A DNA stretch of 55,096 bases from a virus. The stretch lies in the IMG/VR virus record IMGVR_UViG_3300045988_127072, positions 1 through 55,096 of that record; one strand, 5' to 3'. How positions within the stretch are numbered: the first letter of the stretch is position 1; every line of letters starts with the position of its first letter. The notes under the pieces are model-generated. The model was not told where the DNA came from, ran no database searches, and saw nothing but the letters and a program-made list of their open reading frames with translations. Below are positions 30,060-38,927 of this stretch, one piece after another. A program made the position numbers and the translations under genes.

Positions 30060-30272
30060 TTATTCTCCTTTCTTTTGTTGGTTATCACACTCTTCACAAT
30101 GTAATTTATAAGCATAGGCAAACATCTTTAACGTAACAGAATCAAAGTTAAAATCTGCCTGTTTATCTTCTATGACAACTGAAACACATAATTGGCCGTC
30201 GCAAAAGTCAATATATGCCTCACCACCTCCAATCCCTTTAATGGAAAAGGTTTGTGTCTGTACACTATCCAT
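30060..30272 (-). CDS. hypothetical early protein
   Basis: 70-aa ORF, tightly packed. Confidence 0.5.
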   Translation of the reverse strand: MDSVQTQTFSIKGIGGGEAYIDFCDGQLCVSVVIEDKQADFNFDSVTLKMFAYAYKLHCEECDNQQKKGE

Positions 30273-30543
30273 GATTCTCCTCCTTTAGTCTTTTAATTAG
30301 GGCATCAGCGCAATTAAGCGAATATTTAGCGGCTGCCTCAGAATTAGCACCATTATCGTTTGCTATAACAACTTTAATAATGTCTTTTGCCAATTCGTAC
30401 CTACGTTGTTCCCAATCAATGTTTTCACTAAAGAAATTAAGTTCTGACACCTTGATATACATGTTTCCCACCAATGCAGTACCATCATCATATAAATCCT
30501 TAATCTCTACAATTTCTCCAGTTGCCTTTATTGTTGCTTTCAT
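30265..30543 (-). CDS. hypothetical protein, paralogue of 31468..31794
   Basis: Shares IDWEQRRYELAK and the C-terminal ...CADALI..LK with the 108-aa ORF. Confidence 0.6.
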   Translation of the reverse strand: MKATIKATGEIVEIKDLYDDGTALVGNMYIKVSELNFFSENIDWEQRRYELAKDIIKVVIANDNGANSEAAAKYSLNCADALIKRLKEENHG

Positions 30544-30546
30544 AAT

Positions 30547-30837
30547 TTACTTTTCTTTAAGATTTACCTCAATTGAATATTTGTCAGTTATCTCGGTTTT
30601 TATTGCCTCCTTACTTAAAGTCCATAACATGTTTAAGCCTCCTTGACGTTTTATTTCATCGGAAACCATACATCGAATCCAGTTGTCCAGAGAAACATCA
30701 TTTCCATAAGTATTATGGAAAACTCGTTTAACCTCCTCTCTAATGATAGGAATCATTATCTCCCTTATATCCTCTTTAGTCAACTTTAGTTCGTTGTGGA
30801 TATAGTTCTTTACTTCTCTGTATCTATATTTACTCAT
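30547..30837 (-). CDS. hypothetical early protein
   Basis: 96-aa ORF. Confidence 0.55.
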   Translation of the reverse strand: MSKYRYREVKNYIHNELKLTKEDIREIMIPIIREEVKRVFHNTYGNDVSLDNWIRCMVSDEIKRQGGLNMLWTLSKEAIKTEITDKYSIEVNLKEK

Positions 30838-30867
30838 AATAATTATCCAATAAGTTTACGATCTTGT

Positions 30868-31140
30868 TTATTCCTCCTCCGTTATTATACATCCTAATAA
30901 CACACCTAGATATTTCATTCCAAGTTCGGAAACATGGTCCACAATTTGTTTTTCTATATCTAACAATCTTCTATTAGCGTAACCAATAAACACCAACTCT
31001 TCCCAATCATCATCAGGATGATTAACAATATACCAGTTACGATAAACCTTATATCTATTTCTTTTTATTTTACCACGCTCAAACCCTATAGCGTGTTCCA
31101 TTTTTTCTATCTGTCTTAATGATAATTTTACATCATCCAT
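30868..31140 (-). CDS. hypothetical early protein
   Basis: 90-aa ORF. Confidence 0.55.
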   Translation of the reverse strand: MDDVKLSLRQIEKMEHAIGFERGKIKRNRYKVYRNWYIVNHPDDDWEELVFIGYANRRLLDIEKQIVDHVSELGMKYLGVLLGCIITEEE

Positions 31141-31144
31141 AGCA

Positions 31145-31471
31145 CTAATGTATAAATTCGTCCAATACCTTCTTTACAAGTTCATAGCGTGATAATGCCA
31201 ATATTTTATCATCATAATGATTGTCATAAACATACTGATTCAAGTTGTCAATAAACCCATCACCGTCAAGACCTTCATCACAATCATCAAACATATCAAG
31301 TTCATAGGCTAATTGGGTGCAATCACAGTGACTAACCCAATCATAAACACGATCATCACAAACATTGGTCTGTCTGTTATATTTTTCTCCAATGTGTATT
31401 ACTTCACCGCAAAATTCACATCTATGCTCTTTGCGAGCGATAGGAGTTTTATTTCTTAATACTTTTATCAT
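31145..31471 (-). CDS. Cys-rich (zinc-binding-like) protein
   Basis: HRCEFCGEVIH...CDC motifs; 108 aa. Confidence 0.55.
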   Translation of the reverse strand: MIKVLRNKTPIARKEHRCEFCGEVIHIGEKYNRQTNVCDDRVYDWVSHCDCTQLAYELDMFDDCDEGLDGDGFIDNLNQYVYDNHYDDKILALSRYELVKKVLDEFIH

Positions 31472-31794
31472 TTTAATTCATTAATTAAAGCATCAGCACA
31501 AGCAATTGCAAACCGGGCAATGCTTATAGGTATTGTATGTTTCTCTCCTTTCTTGTAATCTGCTTCCGAACAAGCGTAACCAACTTCTGTATTGTCACTT
31601 AAAATCCCTTGCATTGCGGATTTAGCCAGTTCGTATCTACGCTGTTCCCAGTCAATAGCTGAAAAATCAAGTTCGCATTCCTTGAATACCATGTTATCAC
31701 ATACATATAAATAATCTCTGCTATGTTGAGAGTTGATGTTTAATTGGGGAGTTACATCCACCAAAACCCCTGTTGATTTTACTCTTGCTTTCAT
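31468..31794 (-). CDS. hypothetical protein, paralogue of 30265..30543
   Basis: Shares the IDWEQRRYELAK motif. Confidence 0.6.
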   Translation of the reverse strand: MKARVKSTGVLVDVTPQLNINSQHSRDYLYVCDNMVFKECELDFSAIDWEQRRYELAKSAMQGILSDNTEVGYACSEADYKKGEKHTIPISIARFAIACADALINELK

Positions 31795-31796
31795 AT

Positions 31797-31955
31797 TTAA
31801 TATTCTGATTTAATAATAGTACCAAATGAACGATACCTACGCCAAACTATATTTCCACGCTGAATACTAGTAAGCCAATCACAAGCCTTAAATACTTGTC
31901 CTACATTATATAAAAATGGTCGTTTTTGTATTTTTCTTTTTATTCTTGCTTTCAT
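31797..31955 (-). CDS. small basic ORF (52 aa, not in ORF track)
   Basis: MKARIKRKIQKRPF... Its first 19 nt or so duplicate the start region of 31468..31794. Fills an otherwise empty gap. Confidence 0.35.
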   Translation of the reverse strand: MKARIKRKIQKRPFLYNVGQVFKACDWLTSIQRGNIVWRRYRSFGTIIKSEY

Positions 31956-31957
31956 AT

Positions 31958-32215
31958 TTAATCGAAATACATTACTTTCTTACCTATACATACCTTGAAC
32001 CTTGAAAGAGATTCACTATATTGTGTAATATTATTGGGATTATATTTGTTAACAAAACATCCAGTACGTTTATGGTATCTGACACAAGCATTTTCAGGAG
32101 ATTTAGCCAATATTTCTTTCTCATCGCTAAAACTAAAAAATAAACTATCTCTATATGATACCTTATACCACTTAACTTGGTTTCTTATCTTTTTAAAATA
32201 CTTTGCTTTCATCAT
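31958..32215 (-). CDS. hypothetical early protein
   Basis: 85-aa ORF, 4-nt overlap with the upstream gene. Confidence 0.55.
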   Translation of the reverse strand: MMKAKYFKKIRNQVKWYKVSYRDSLFFSFSDEKEILAKSPENACVRYHKRTGCFVNKYNPNNITQYSESLSRFKVCIGKKVMYFD

Positions 32216-32598
32216 TCCTCCTTTGTTTTAAAATGTTCAATCAGTTCGTATACGGTGGCCTTGCGCCATTTAGGAGATACTGATATACTGTCATTGTTTT
32301 TATTATAAGCCCAAATTCCTTCGGGTGAAATAAACCACTGAAACTTATCTGTATCATCCCTCAATGCAGCTAAAGCCAGGAAAAGATCCTCATTAGTTCC
32401 GCAATCAATGCTATCGGTTTCGTCGGGATGTGGAATATTACTGAAAAACTCAACACTATATAGCCTATATTCAGGTTCGGTGAAAATACACAAGTCCTCG
32501 TTAAGTTCACATCCGAATAATCTATATCCTAACTCGTTTAATCTGTTCATAAGTTTATATGGACTCTTTCTTATAAAGCACGGTGTTGTAAATCCCAT
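32212..32598 (-). CDS. hypothetical early protein
   Basis: 128-aa ORF. Confidence 0.6.
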   Translation of the reverse strand: MGFTTPCFIRKSPYKLMNRLNELGYRLFGCELNEDLCIFTEPEYRLYSVEFFSNIPHPDETDSIDCGTNEDLFLALAALRDDTDKFQWFISPEGIWAYNKNNDSISVSPKWRKATVYELIEHFKTKEE

Positions 32599-32600
32599 AA

Positions 32601-32798
32601 TTATTCCTCCTTATCTATCTTAATATCCGTTACTTTGCCACGACTGATAAAACACTGACCTGTCCCCAAATCTAACATGGAACAATAGGTCTCATCTAAA
32701 ATATTACAGCATTCCCGGGACAAGGAACATTCATTACAAAATCCTTCTGATGGTTCATACAACACACCATCTATTATTATTCCGCTATTTATTTCCAT
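32601..32798 (-). CDS. small Cys-rich protein
   Basis: The track ORF 32601..33014 is trimmed to the ATG at 32798 (MEINSG...). The extension is an alternative frame of the DUF551-like gene. Confidence 0.5.
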   Translation of the reverse strand: MEINSGIIIDGVLYEPSEGFCNECSLSRECCNILDETYCSMLDLGTGQCFISRGKVTDIKIDKEE

Positions 32799-32799
32799 A

Positions 32800-33186
32800 T
32801 TAGTCTCCTTTCTCTTTAATCCGTTCCAGTACATCCCTGTTGGCTTCGAGTATCTCGTCAAAAGACGGAATAGGCATCCACATGTCACACTCGTAGTCGT
32901 TCCAATCCTCAAATTCAAATCCTCCGTCTGTCGCAACGTATGGCGATCTCCCGGATGAAACAACGATATAGCCACTAACAATCGCTCCATTTGATACCAT
33001 TCTGCAAAGAACAAGCTTGTTTGGTTCCGGCAACCGTTCCTTCACGCTTATCCACGGGGATTGCTTGGACTGCCATTCTGCACCGTCCTTAAAGCCATCC
33101 AAGTAATACGGCTGATACTCGTCATTGTATATGCTTCTATCTATCACGCAGCTTTCTATTGCTGCTTCTTCTACTGTCTGTTTCAT
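32800..33186 (-). CDS. DUF551-like protein (copy A)
   Basis: WISVKERLPEPNKLVLCRM... resembles the DUF551 pattern. The 3-prime 276 nt are about 93 percent identical to 37321..37596. Confidence 0.65.
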   Translation of the reverse strand: MKQTVEEAAIESCVIDRSIYNDEYQPYYLDGFKDGAEWQSKQSPWISVKERLPEPNKLVLCRMVSNGAIVSGYIVVSSGRSPYVATDGGFEFEDWNDYECDMWMPIPSFDEILEANRDVLERIKEKGD

Positions 33187-33331
33187 AATTTAATGTTATT
33201 AATCGGTTTTTACTATTTTCCCATTATCCAATATCAAATATAACCGGCATTTATAGCTGACTGTATCCGCCCATTGGTGAGCATATTTCAAATACTGATG
33301 TAGCTTATACCTTCCGGGATTATTCATCATT

Positions 33332-34357
33332 TTATTTCTTATTCTTTTTTTCATCAGTTTTGAATTTTTTTTTCACAACTACCGCCATTGTACTAACAGA
33401 AGTGCCACTCTCTTTAAACTTGCCTGCGCTGATTTCAAACAGTTCTCCATGTACTTCTTTCAGCCAGTTGCGGAAATCAATACATATCTTTTCCGAAGCG
33501 AATCTCCAGTGTTGGCTGGTTATTGCTGCAAGGGTTCCACCTTGTTCCAATCGATCATACATAAGCCTGACATGCTCTATATCCTGATTACCGGAAAACG
33601 GAGGATTTGCAATTATCTTAGTATAACTACCTACACTGTCTTTGGTAAAGTCTTCATCAAGCAATATTACGTTGTTAAGGGTGTGAAGATATTCTCTGTT
33701 TTCCGGCATCAGTTCATAACATTCAACCATTACAGAAGGACAAGCCCGGTGGATTGCTTTTACAAGCGCGCCACGCCCGGCACTCGGCTCCAGTACCGTA
33801 TCATCCTCATGTATCCCTCCGGCAAGCATAACCAGCCAGTCAGCAACATCGGCCGGAGTTTCAAAAAACTGGTAATCCTGCTGTAGGTTGCACCGTTTAC
33901 CCTCTTTCAGTATGGAACACACACGTTCCGGATTAAACGGGAATGTGAAACCCTGTATCTTCCCACCTTGCCATGAGCCGCCGGCTTCTTCTATCCACTT
34001 TTTTGCTTCGGCATAAGATTTTTTATTGAATTGAACTTGAGGAAGTTTGAGGATATTGTTCTCAAGAGTACAATGTTTCAGTATTTCTTCCACATTCCAT
34101 TTCTTACCTTCATCAGCAAGTTTTTTCTTTTCGTCCATTGGAGCATCCGGCGCTAACAGTGAAGATATTTTTTGAATAACTATGTTGCTTGCGTCCATGA
34201 AGGCACTGACGCAAGATATCGCTTCTATCAAAAAATCAGTGTCAACACACCCGGCCTCGTCATAGATGTCTATCCCTTCGGTCATGGATGACAGTTCATT
34301 GAGCTGCGCTACACTACCATGTAACGTTTCGATTAAAATCTTTTTTTTGTTCGTCAT
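33332..34357 (-). CDS. N6-adenine DNA methyltransferase (orphan)
   Basis: Motif I VLEPSAGRGALV and motif IV IANPPFSG. No cognate nuclease is visible. Confidence 0.7.
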   Translation of the reverse strand: MTNKKKILIETLHGSVAQLNELSSMTEGIDIYDEAGCVDTDFLIEAISCVSAFMDASNIVIQKISSLLAPDAPMDEKKKLADEGKKWNVEEILKHCTLENNILKLPQVQFNKKSYAEAKKWIEEAGGSWQGGKIQGFTFPFNPERVCSILKEGKRCNLQQDYQFFETPADVADWLVMLAGGIHEDDTVLEPSAGRGALVKAIHRACPSVMVECYELMPENREYLHTLNNVILLDEDFTKDSVGSYTKIIANPPFSGNQDIEHVRLMYDRLEQGGTLAAITSQHWRFASEKICIDFRNWLKEVHGELFEISAGKFKESGTSVSTMAVVVKKKFKTDEKKNKK

Positions 34358-35420
34358 AGCTTTTCTGTAAATAAATTCTAGTTGTGTCTACACTCCCGTG
34401 ACCTAGAAGGTCAGCCAGTTGAATAACATCTTTGTTTTTTTTCAGGAACATTTTAGCAAAGAAATGCCGGAAGGCGTGCGCGTGCATTTTCCTTGGATCA
34501 ATGCCGCAATGTTTTCCCCATGCTTTCAAGTGCTGGGAAAAGCCACGCTGTGTGATCGGGCCGAATCTCCCTACCGCAAAAATCCCGGTTTTACCATATT
34601 CTTTAGCGTAAACCTTCGCTTCCTGCTGAATTGTTTTTTGGAAGAAAAAACGTCTGTACTTGTTACCCTTTCCTTTTAATACTACTTCCCCGGATATGAT
34701 GTCTTCCCACGTAAACTGTTGGAATTCCGACAGACGGGCACCCGTTGTACCCAAAACCTTAATAAAGAAATAGTAATCCTTATTGTTTTTTGCCTTGAGA
34801 TATTCCAACAGCCGGTTATATTCCTCCTCGGTCGGCACATTGTTCACATCAAGCTTGCGCTTTATTTTGGGACGCTTCAGTTCTATAGGCTTCTTCAGCC
34901 ATTTGGAAAATCTTTCGATCGCTGTAATTCGCAAACGGATGGTAGCGGGAGATAATTTTTCTTCTTCAAGACTTTTTATAAACCTCCTGCAATTATCCAT
35001 GTTTACCTCATTGGCGTATTCGAAATACTTTTTCATGGATGTGTAATATATATAAACTGTATGAGAAGAGTAATCATTGTTGTCAGTCAGCCATATAATG
35101 AAATCATTAAGTTGTTTCTTGTTCTTATCCGAAATGACATCAAGTTTTTCCAAAGGTTTCACCGCCTTTCCCCTTTTTCCATATCCGATGTTGAGATAGG
35201 ATAATAGATCGCATATAGCTGAACACATTAGCGAATGACGCACCATGACATCTGCATTTTCACGCTTATAAACCAGATAGCCACGACGATTGACATCTTC
35301 AGTACGTTCAAGAAAATCCGTTACATATTTGATATATTTCCCGACAGTATCATAAGTTCTGCCTGTTGTGTATAAGTAGGAAATATAATCAGTTAATATC
35401 TTCTGCCTGTCATTATTCAT
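34314..35420 (-). CDS. tyrosine recombinase (integrase/invertase family)
   Basis: TGARLSEF (Arg), HAFRHFF (HxxR), LLGHGSVDTTRIYL (His...Tyr), plus an N-terminal SAM-like core-binding region. Overlaps both neighbouring genes, so there is no adjacent intergenic attP. Confidence 0.85.
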   Translation of the reverse strand: MNNDRQKILTDYISYLYTTGRTYDTVGKYIKYVTDFLERTEDVNRRGYLVYKRENADVMVRHSLMCSAICDLLSYLNIGYGKRGKAVKPLEKLDVISDKNKKQLNDFIIWLTDNNDYSSHTVYIYYTSMKKYFEYANEVNMDNCRRFIKSLEEEKLSPATIRLRITAIERFSKWLKKPIELKRPKIKRKLDVNNVPTEEEYNRLLEYLKAKNNKDYYFFIKVLGTTGARLSEFQQFTWEDIISGEVVLKGKGNKYRRFFFQKTIQQEAKVYAKEYGKTGIFAVGRFGPITQRGFSQHLKAWGKHCGIDPRKMHAHAFRHFFAKMFLKKNKDVIQLADLLGHGSVDTTRIYLQKSYDEQKKDFNRNVTW

Positions 35421-35808
35421 AATCTTGTTTAATTAAATTATACCAATCATTGCTATCTTCGAAAAAACATCTGTATCCATTAGCCGTATGTTTGCCTCTC
35501 ACTTTCCGACATATAGCACTGATCAAAGAAGGAGCCACGCCAATCATCTTACCAGCCGTTTGTATCGAAGGGAATACTCCACATAATTTCTCATCCTTTA
35601 TCAAAACAACGCTCTTTTTATTCATGCCTGCACCAGTCTTATGCCAAGCCCCACGTCCTTTAGACAGATTTTTTATACTTCTGGCCTTGGAACGTTTTGA
35701 ATGATAAACCATTTTACGACCCTTGTTGCGAGAAACACAACCTTTTAAAAATCGTCCGGTAATTAAGTCTCTCTCAAATCGCTCAGGCGGTATATATAAT
35801 TCACTCAT
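35413..35808 (-). CDS. basic DNA-binding-like protein (NUMOD-type HTH resemblance)
   Basis: FPSIQTAGKMIGVAPSLISAICRK...ANGYRCFFE resembles the DNA-binding modules of homing endonucleases. No nuclease motif is seen. Confidence 0.35.
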   Translation of the reverse strand: MSELYIPPERFERDLITGRFLKGCVSRNKGRKMVYHSKRSKARSIKNLSKGRGAWHKTGAGMNKKSVVLIKDEKLCGVFPSIQTAGKMIGVAPSLISAICRKVRGKHTANGYRCFFEDSNDWYNLIKQDYE

Positions 35809-35830
35809 TTCTATTTTCGTTTTTAGTTAA

Positions 35831-36094
35831 TTACCAATCTCCACCATCATTTAATATGCCATCAATAGTAGTTACACTATTATCAATGTTGCTGCCTCCA
35901 TATTGCGTAAATTCCGGTGTAGGATTATAGTCTGTATCTCCATGCATCATTACGTGAAGTGAGCCACTGGCTGAATACAGCCAAAGACGCTTACCATCCT
36001 TTTCCCACTTTTTTGCAAGTCGTTTCAAAGAGTCAATTAACTTATCTTCTTCGGGAGTACATTCTATCCCAGCTTCTGTTTGATATTTGCTCAT
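35831..36094 (-). CDS. hypothetical early protein
   Basis: Trimmed to MSKYQTEAG (ATG 36094). Confidence 0.5.
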   Translation of the reverse strand: MSKYQTEAGIECTPEEDKLIDSLKRLAKKWEKDGKRLWLYSASGSLHVMMHGDTDYNPTPEFTQYGGSNIDNSVTTIDGILNDGGDW

Positions 36095-36305
36095 TACTGT
36101 TCTGTTTTGAATTATATTTGAATTAATAAATTGGCACATCATAGCCCTTTTCAATCAAAAACTTTATTGCATTTAACCCAAGACGTTCTCCATGCCATTT
36201 TTCTGTTGACCACTCTCTATGATAGTGGTAGGACAAATCTTTGGTATCCAAAAAGAAAGTAAGTTCGCTACTATCTCGATTATCCTCTTTCTTCTCTGTT
36301 TTACG

Positions 36306-36788
36306 TTAATTGATTCGTACATACTTACCTGCTATATAACAAGTCCTTAGTATCTCTGCATTCTCTTCACCAAAAGCGATTAAGATGGAACCACAACCGG
36401 GTGAATCTCCGCGCGTACCATCCGGGCGAAAAAAACGAATCCTATTACGCAAAAACTTTATCGCTATTGCCTTCTCAAATATTACATCTTGAAACATCTT
36501 TGAGTCACAACGATTAAAGAGTAATGCAATTCCGTTACCATGCTCTGCCAACCGATTAACGAACCGTTCAATAAGAGGACGAGAGTAAGGCGGATTGAGC
36601 CATACACGACCTTTCCATTCTTGCGATAGTCCGTCATCATTCTTGTTATACATTTGTGTGGCTGTTTCCCAAAGTGGGTTAACCGGAGCACATGGATCTA
36701 AATCAAACTTCCCTAATGCATCTATAATTTCTTTCGGTGTGTACCATTCATCGGTAGAATTAGACGATTTTTCAAATGTTGTGTTCAT
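36306..36788 (-). CDS. DNA N6-adenine methyltransferase, phage Dam-like family (orphan)
   Basis: DEWYTPKEIIDALGKFDLDPCA and WLNPPYS. The track start at 36824 is a TTG; the ATG at 36788 is preferred. Confidence 0.75.
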   Translation of the reverse strand: MNTTFEKSSNSTDEWYTPKEIIDALGKFDLDPCAPVNPLWETATQMYNKNDDGLSQEWKGRVWLNPPYSRPLIERFVNRLAEHGNGIALLFNRCDSKMFQDVIFEKAIAIKFLRNRIRFFRPDGTRGDSPGCGSILIAFGEENAEILRTCYIAGKYVRIN

Positions 36789-36820
36789 TTCTATTCGGTT
36801 TTGAATAATTTGCCAATGTG

Positions 36821-37312
36821 TCAATGTGCTAATATGCCAATTGGCTGCGCTCTATTCCGCATGATCATTGGCATATTAGCACATTTGTGAATTAATTCAT
36901 TATTAATCAATTTTGTATCTTTCCATCTTTCCATGTATAAAATATATTCGTCAATGCAATTTTCAATTTTCTTCATGGATTGTCTCATATCAAAAGTAAA
37001 ACTACTCATTCTTCGTTTTGCTTTAATGCCGCATCGTGAACAAACTACAATATCATATCCATTTTCATCACTGATGATATTTTGTTTTATCCAATTATGG
37101 TTGGGGCTTATTTGCGAATAAGATTTTGATATTCTTTTTCTATCTTGTAACTTCCTGTCAGCATACGACTTCTCTCCTAATATCCTTTTTACACCTGCAA
37201 GAGCAGCATAGGCGTATGTAGAGCACTCACCGCTTTCAAAATCGAGATGATGATACAATGCTTCCTTGTCAATCCCAAAGTCTTTTCCGCATCCCGGACA
37301 TCTATATCCCAT
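36821..37312 (-). CDS. zinc-finger protein
   Basis: Trimmed to MGYRCPGCGKDF (ATG 37312), with a second pair CSRCG. The upstream track extension is an alternative frame of repeat R1. Confidence 0.55.
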   Translation of the reverse strand: MGYRCPGCGKDFGIDKEALYHHLDFESGECSTYAYAALAGVKRILGEKSYADRKLQDRKRISKSYSQISPNHNWIKQNIISDENGYDIVVCSRCGIKAKRRMSSFTFDMRQSMKKIENCIDEYILYMERWKDTKLINNELIHKCANMPMIMRNRAQPIGILAH

Positions 37313-37313
37313 A

Positions 37314-37699
37314 TTAATAATCTCCTTTCTCTTTAATCCGTTCAAGTACATCCTTATTGGCTTCGAGTATTTCATCAAAAGACGGAATGGGCATCCACAT
37401 GTCACACTCGTAGTCGTTCCAATCCTCAAATTCAAATCCTCCGTCTGTCGCAACGTATGGCGATCTCCCGGGTGAAACAACGATATAACCACTAACAATC
37501 GCTCCATTTGATACCATTCTGCAAAGGACAAGCTTGTTTTGTTCTGGCAACCGTTCCTTAACACTTATCCAAGGTGATTGCTTTGACTGCCATTCGGCGC
37601 CTTTAATAAAATATTTTTTGCTACCATTGGCAATCCTCCCCAATCAGGCATCTTATCGTAAGCCATACTTTTGGCTGCTTCTTCTAATGTTTGTTTCAT
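37314..37699 (-). pseudogene. DUF551-like paralogue (copy B) with frame disruption
   Basis: MKQTLEEAAKS... (ATG 37699, stop 37565) matches the copy A N-terminus. The conserved GAEWQSKQSPWISVK... body is in another frame (37314..37643, TTG start preceded by TGA). Confidence 0.5.
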
Positions 37700-37739
37700 A
37701 TCCTATTCTTTAAAGTTTCTCATGTATTCGCAATCCTCA

Positions 37740-38021
37740 TCACATACACCTTTCTTTGCACAGTGAGGGATGATAGTGGTAGGACAAATCTTTGGTATCC
37801 AAAAAGAAAGTAAGTTCGCTACTATCTCGATTATCCTCTTTCCGTGTAGATTTGTATGAGCACCATACTGAATCTCTAAACATGGTATTATCATACTCGG
37901 TCAAAGTTGGATAATTCCAATAGTCAGGATGAGCACAGCATCCTTGAATTACTGCAACCTGCAAAATATCCTCTTTTGATATTTGCATTAAAGGCTTATC
38001 GCCAATCACTATTTGCTTCAT
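37740..38021 (-). CDS. hypothetical early protein
   Basis: 93-aa ORF. Its 3-prime part carries repeat R2 (37770..37842), identical to 36218..36290. Confidence 0.55.
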   Translation of the reverse strand: MKQIVIGDKPLMQISKEDILQVAVIQGCCAHPDYWNYPTLTEYDNTMFRDSVWCSYKSTRKEDNRDSSELTFFLDTKDLSYHYHPSLCKERCM

Positions 38022-38040
38022 TTTTATTCAGTTTTGAGGG

Positions 38041-38349
38041 TTATTGTTTTTCTTCATTTTTCAAAAAGCCACTCCGGTCAGGATATACCTTTTGTACCAG
38101 TTTCTCCATTTCCTCAATAGCTTTATAGGCATTATTTATATCATCTTCACGATAGGGATTGTTAGGATTATCGCCAAATAAACCATATATGACCTTGTAT
38201 GAGAGCCTGTGAGCACGTTGCCTATCAATGTATTTTTGCTCACAGGTAGCAGTACCGTCAAGCGTTCCGCCAAGGCTGTTTGTAACAGCCATAAGCCTTG
38301 CCAACAATTTCTTTTGAGTTTTATTCATTTCTTTATAGTTTTGAACCAT
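38041..38349 (-). CDS. hypothetical early protein
   Basis: 102-aa ORF. Confidence 0.6.
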   Translation of the reverse strand: MVQNYKEMNKTQKKLLARLMAVTNSLGGTLDGTATCEQKYIDRQRAHRLSYKVIYGLFGDNPNNPYREDDINNAYKAIEEMEKLVQKVYPDRSGFLKNEEKQ

Positions 38350-38460
38350 TTTCCTGATGTCAGGTAAATGGTAATTATTGGATATTAAATTCTAATTGTA
38401 TTATCAGTCAACTGTTAATCAACTTCCACTAACTCACCGTTTTCCAGTCATCAGCAGTTT

Positions 38461-38847
38461 TCATGATTTTCTAGACAAATGACTGAACGCATTATCCAAA
38501 TCCAGGTCCAAATTCAGTTTGGACGGGAAAGATTTAATGTATTCGTACATCTTATAAGCGAGGTTGTCATCATCACCGCATCTGTCAATCAGTGTGAGTA
38601 ACATAGCATTCACCATGTCAGAATCATTGCCGAAGTTTTCCTGAGTGGATTCACTGCAATGATTCACATCACTTTTCAATCTCTTTATCGCGGCTATGGC
38701 TGTGTTGAAGTTTCTTTTTGAATCGTGTCTGAGTTCAAAGCCTTCCTTCTTGTATTTCTGCTGCATTTCAAGAAGGTTGGTTTCTAAAACGTCCGTGAGG
38801 ACAAATACGATGTTGGTTATCGTATTCAGTTTGTCTGTTCCTTGCAT
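38461..38847 (-). CDS. hypothetical early protein
   Basis: 128-aa ORF. Confidence 0.6.
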   Translation of the reverse strand: MQGTDKLNTITNIVFVLTDVLETNLLEMQQKYKKEGFELRHDSKRNFNTAIAAIKRLKSDVNHCSESTQENFGNDSDMVNAMLLTLIDRCGDDDNLAYKMYEYIKSFPSKLNLDLDLDNAFSHLSRKS

Positions 38848-38927
38848 GATCGTGTATTTTTTATCAATTATTTTATTTGATACAACCTATTTTAAAGCCG
38901 TATAATGAATTTTCCTGCATGAAAGTA

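Noticed and set aside
32601-33014. Long forms of track ORFs 32601..33014 and 36821..37564, which share an FAEWYQMERLLV... N-terminus
   Set aside because: The shared N-termini are alternative-frame read-throughs of the duplicated DUF551-like sequence. Each real gene starts at the internal ATG immediately after the upstream gene's stop (32798 and 37312).
32800-37600. Diversity-generating retroelement (template/variable repeat pair), suggested by the 276-bp near-identical repeats
   Set aside because: No reverse transcriptase ORF (no YxDD-type protein) exists anywhere in the window. The mismatches between the copies are a mix of transitions and transversions, not adenine-specific. The repeats are ordinary paralogous coding sequence.
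37703-37894. 63-aa ORF overlapping 37740..38021 in another frame
   Set aside because: It overlaps the longer ORF, which continues the homologous repeat R2 reading frame, and it has no independent support.
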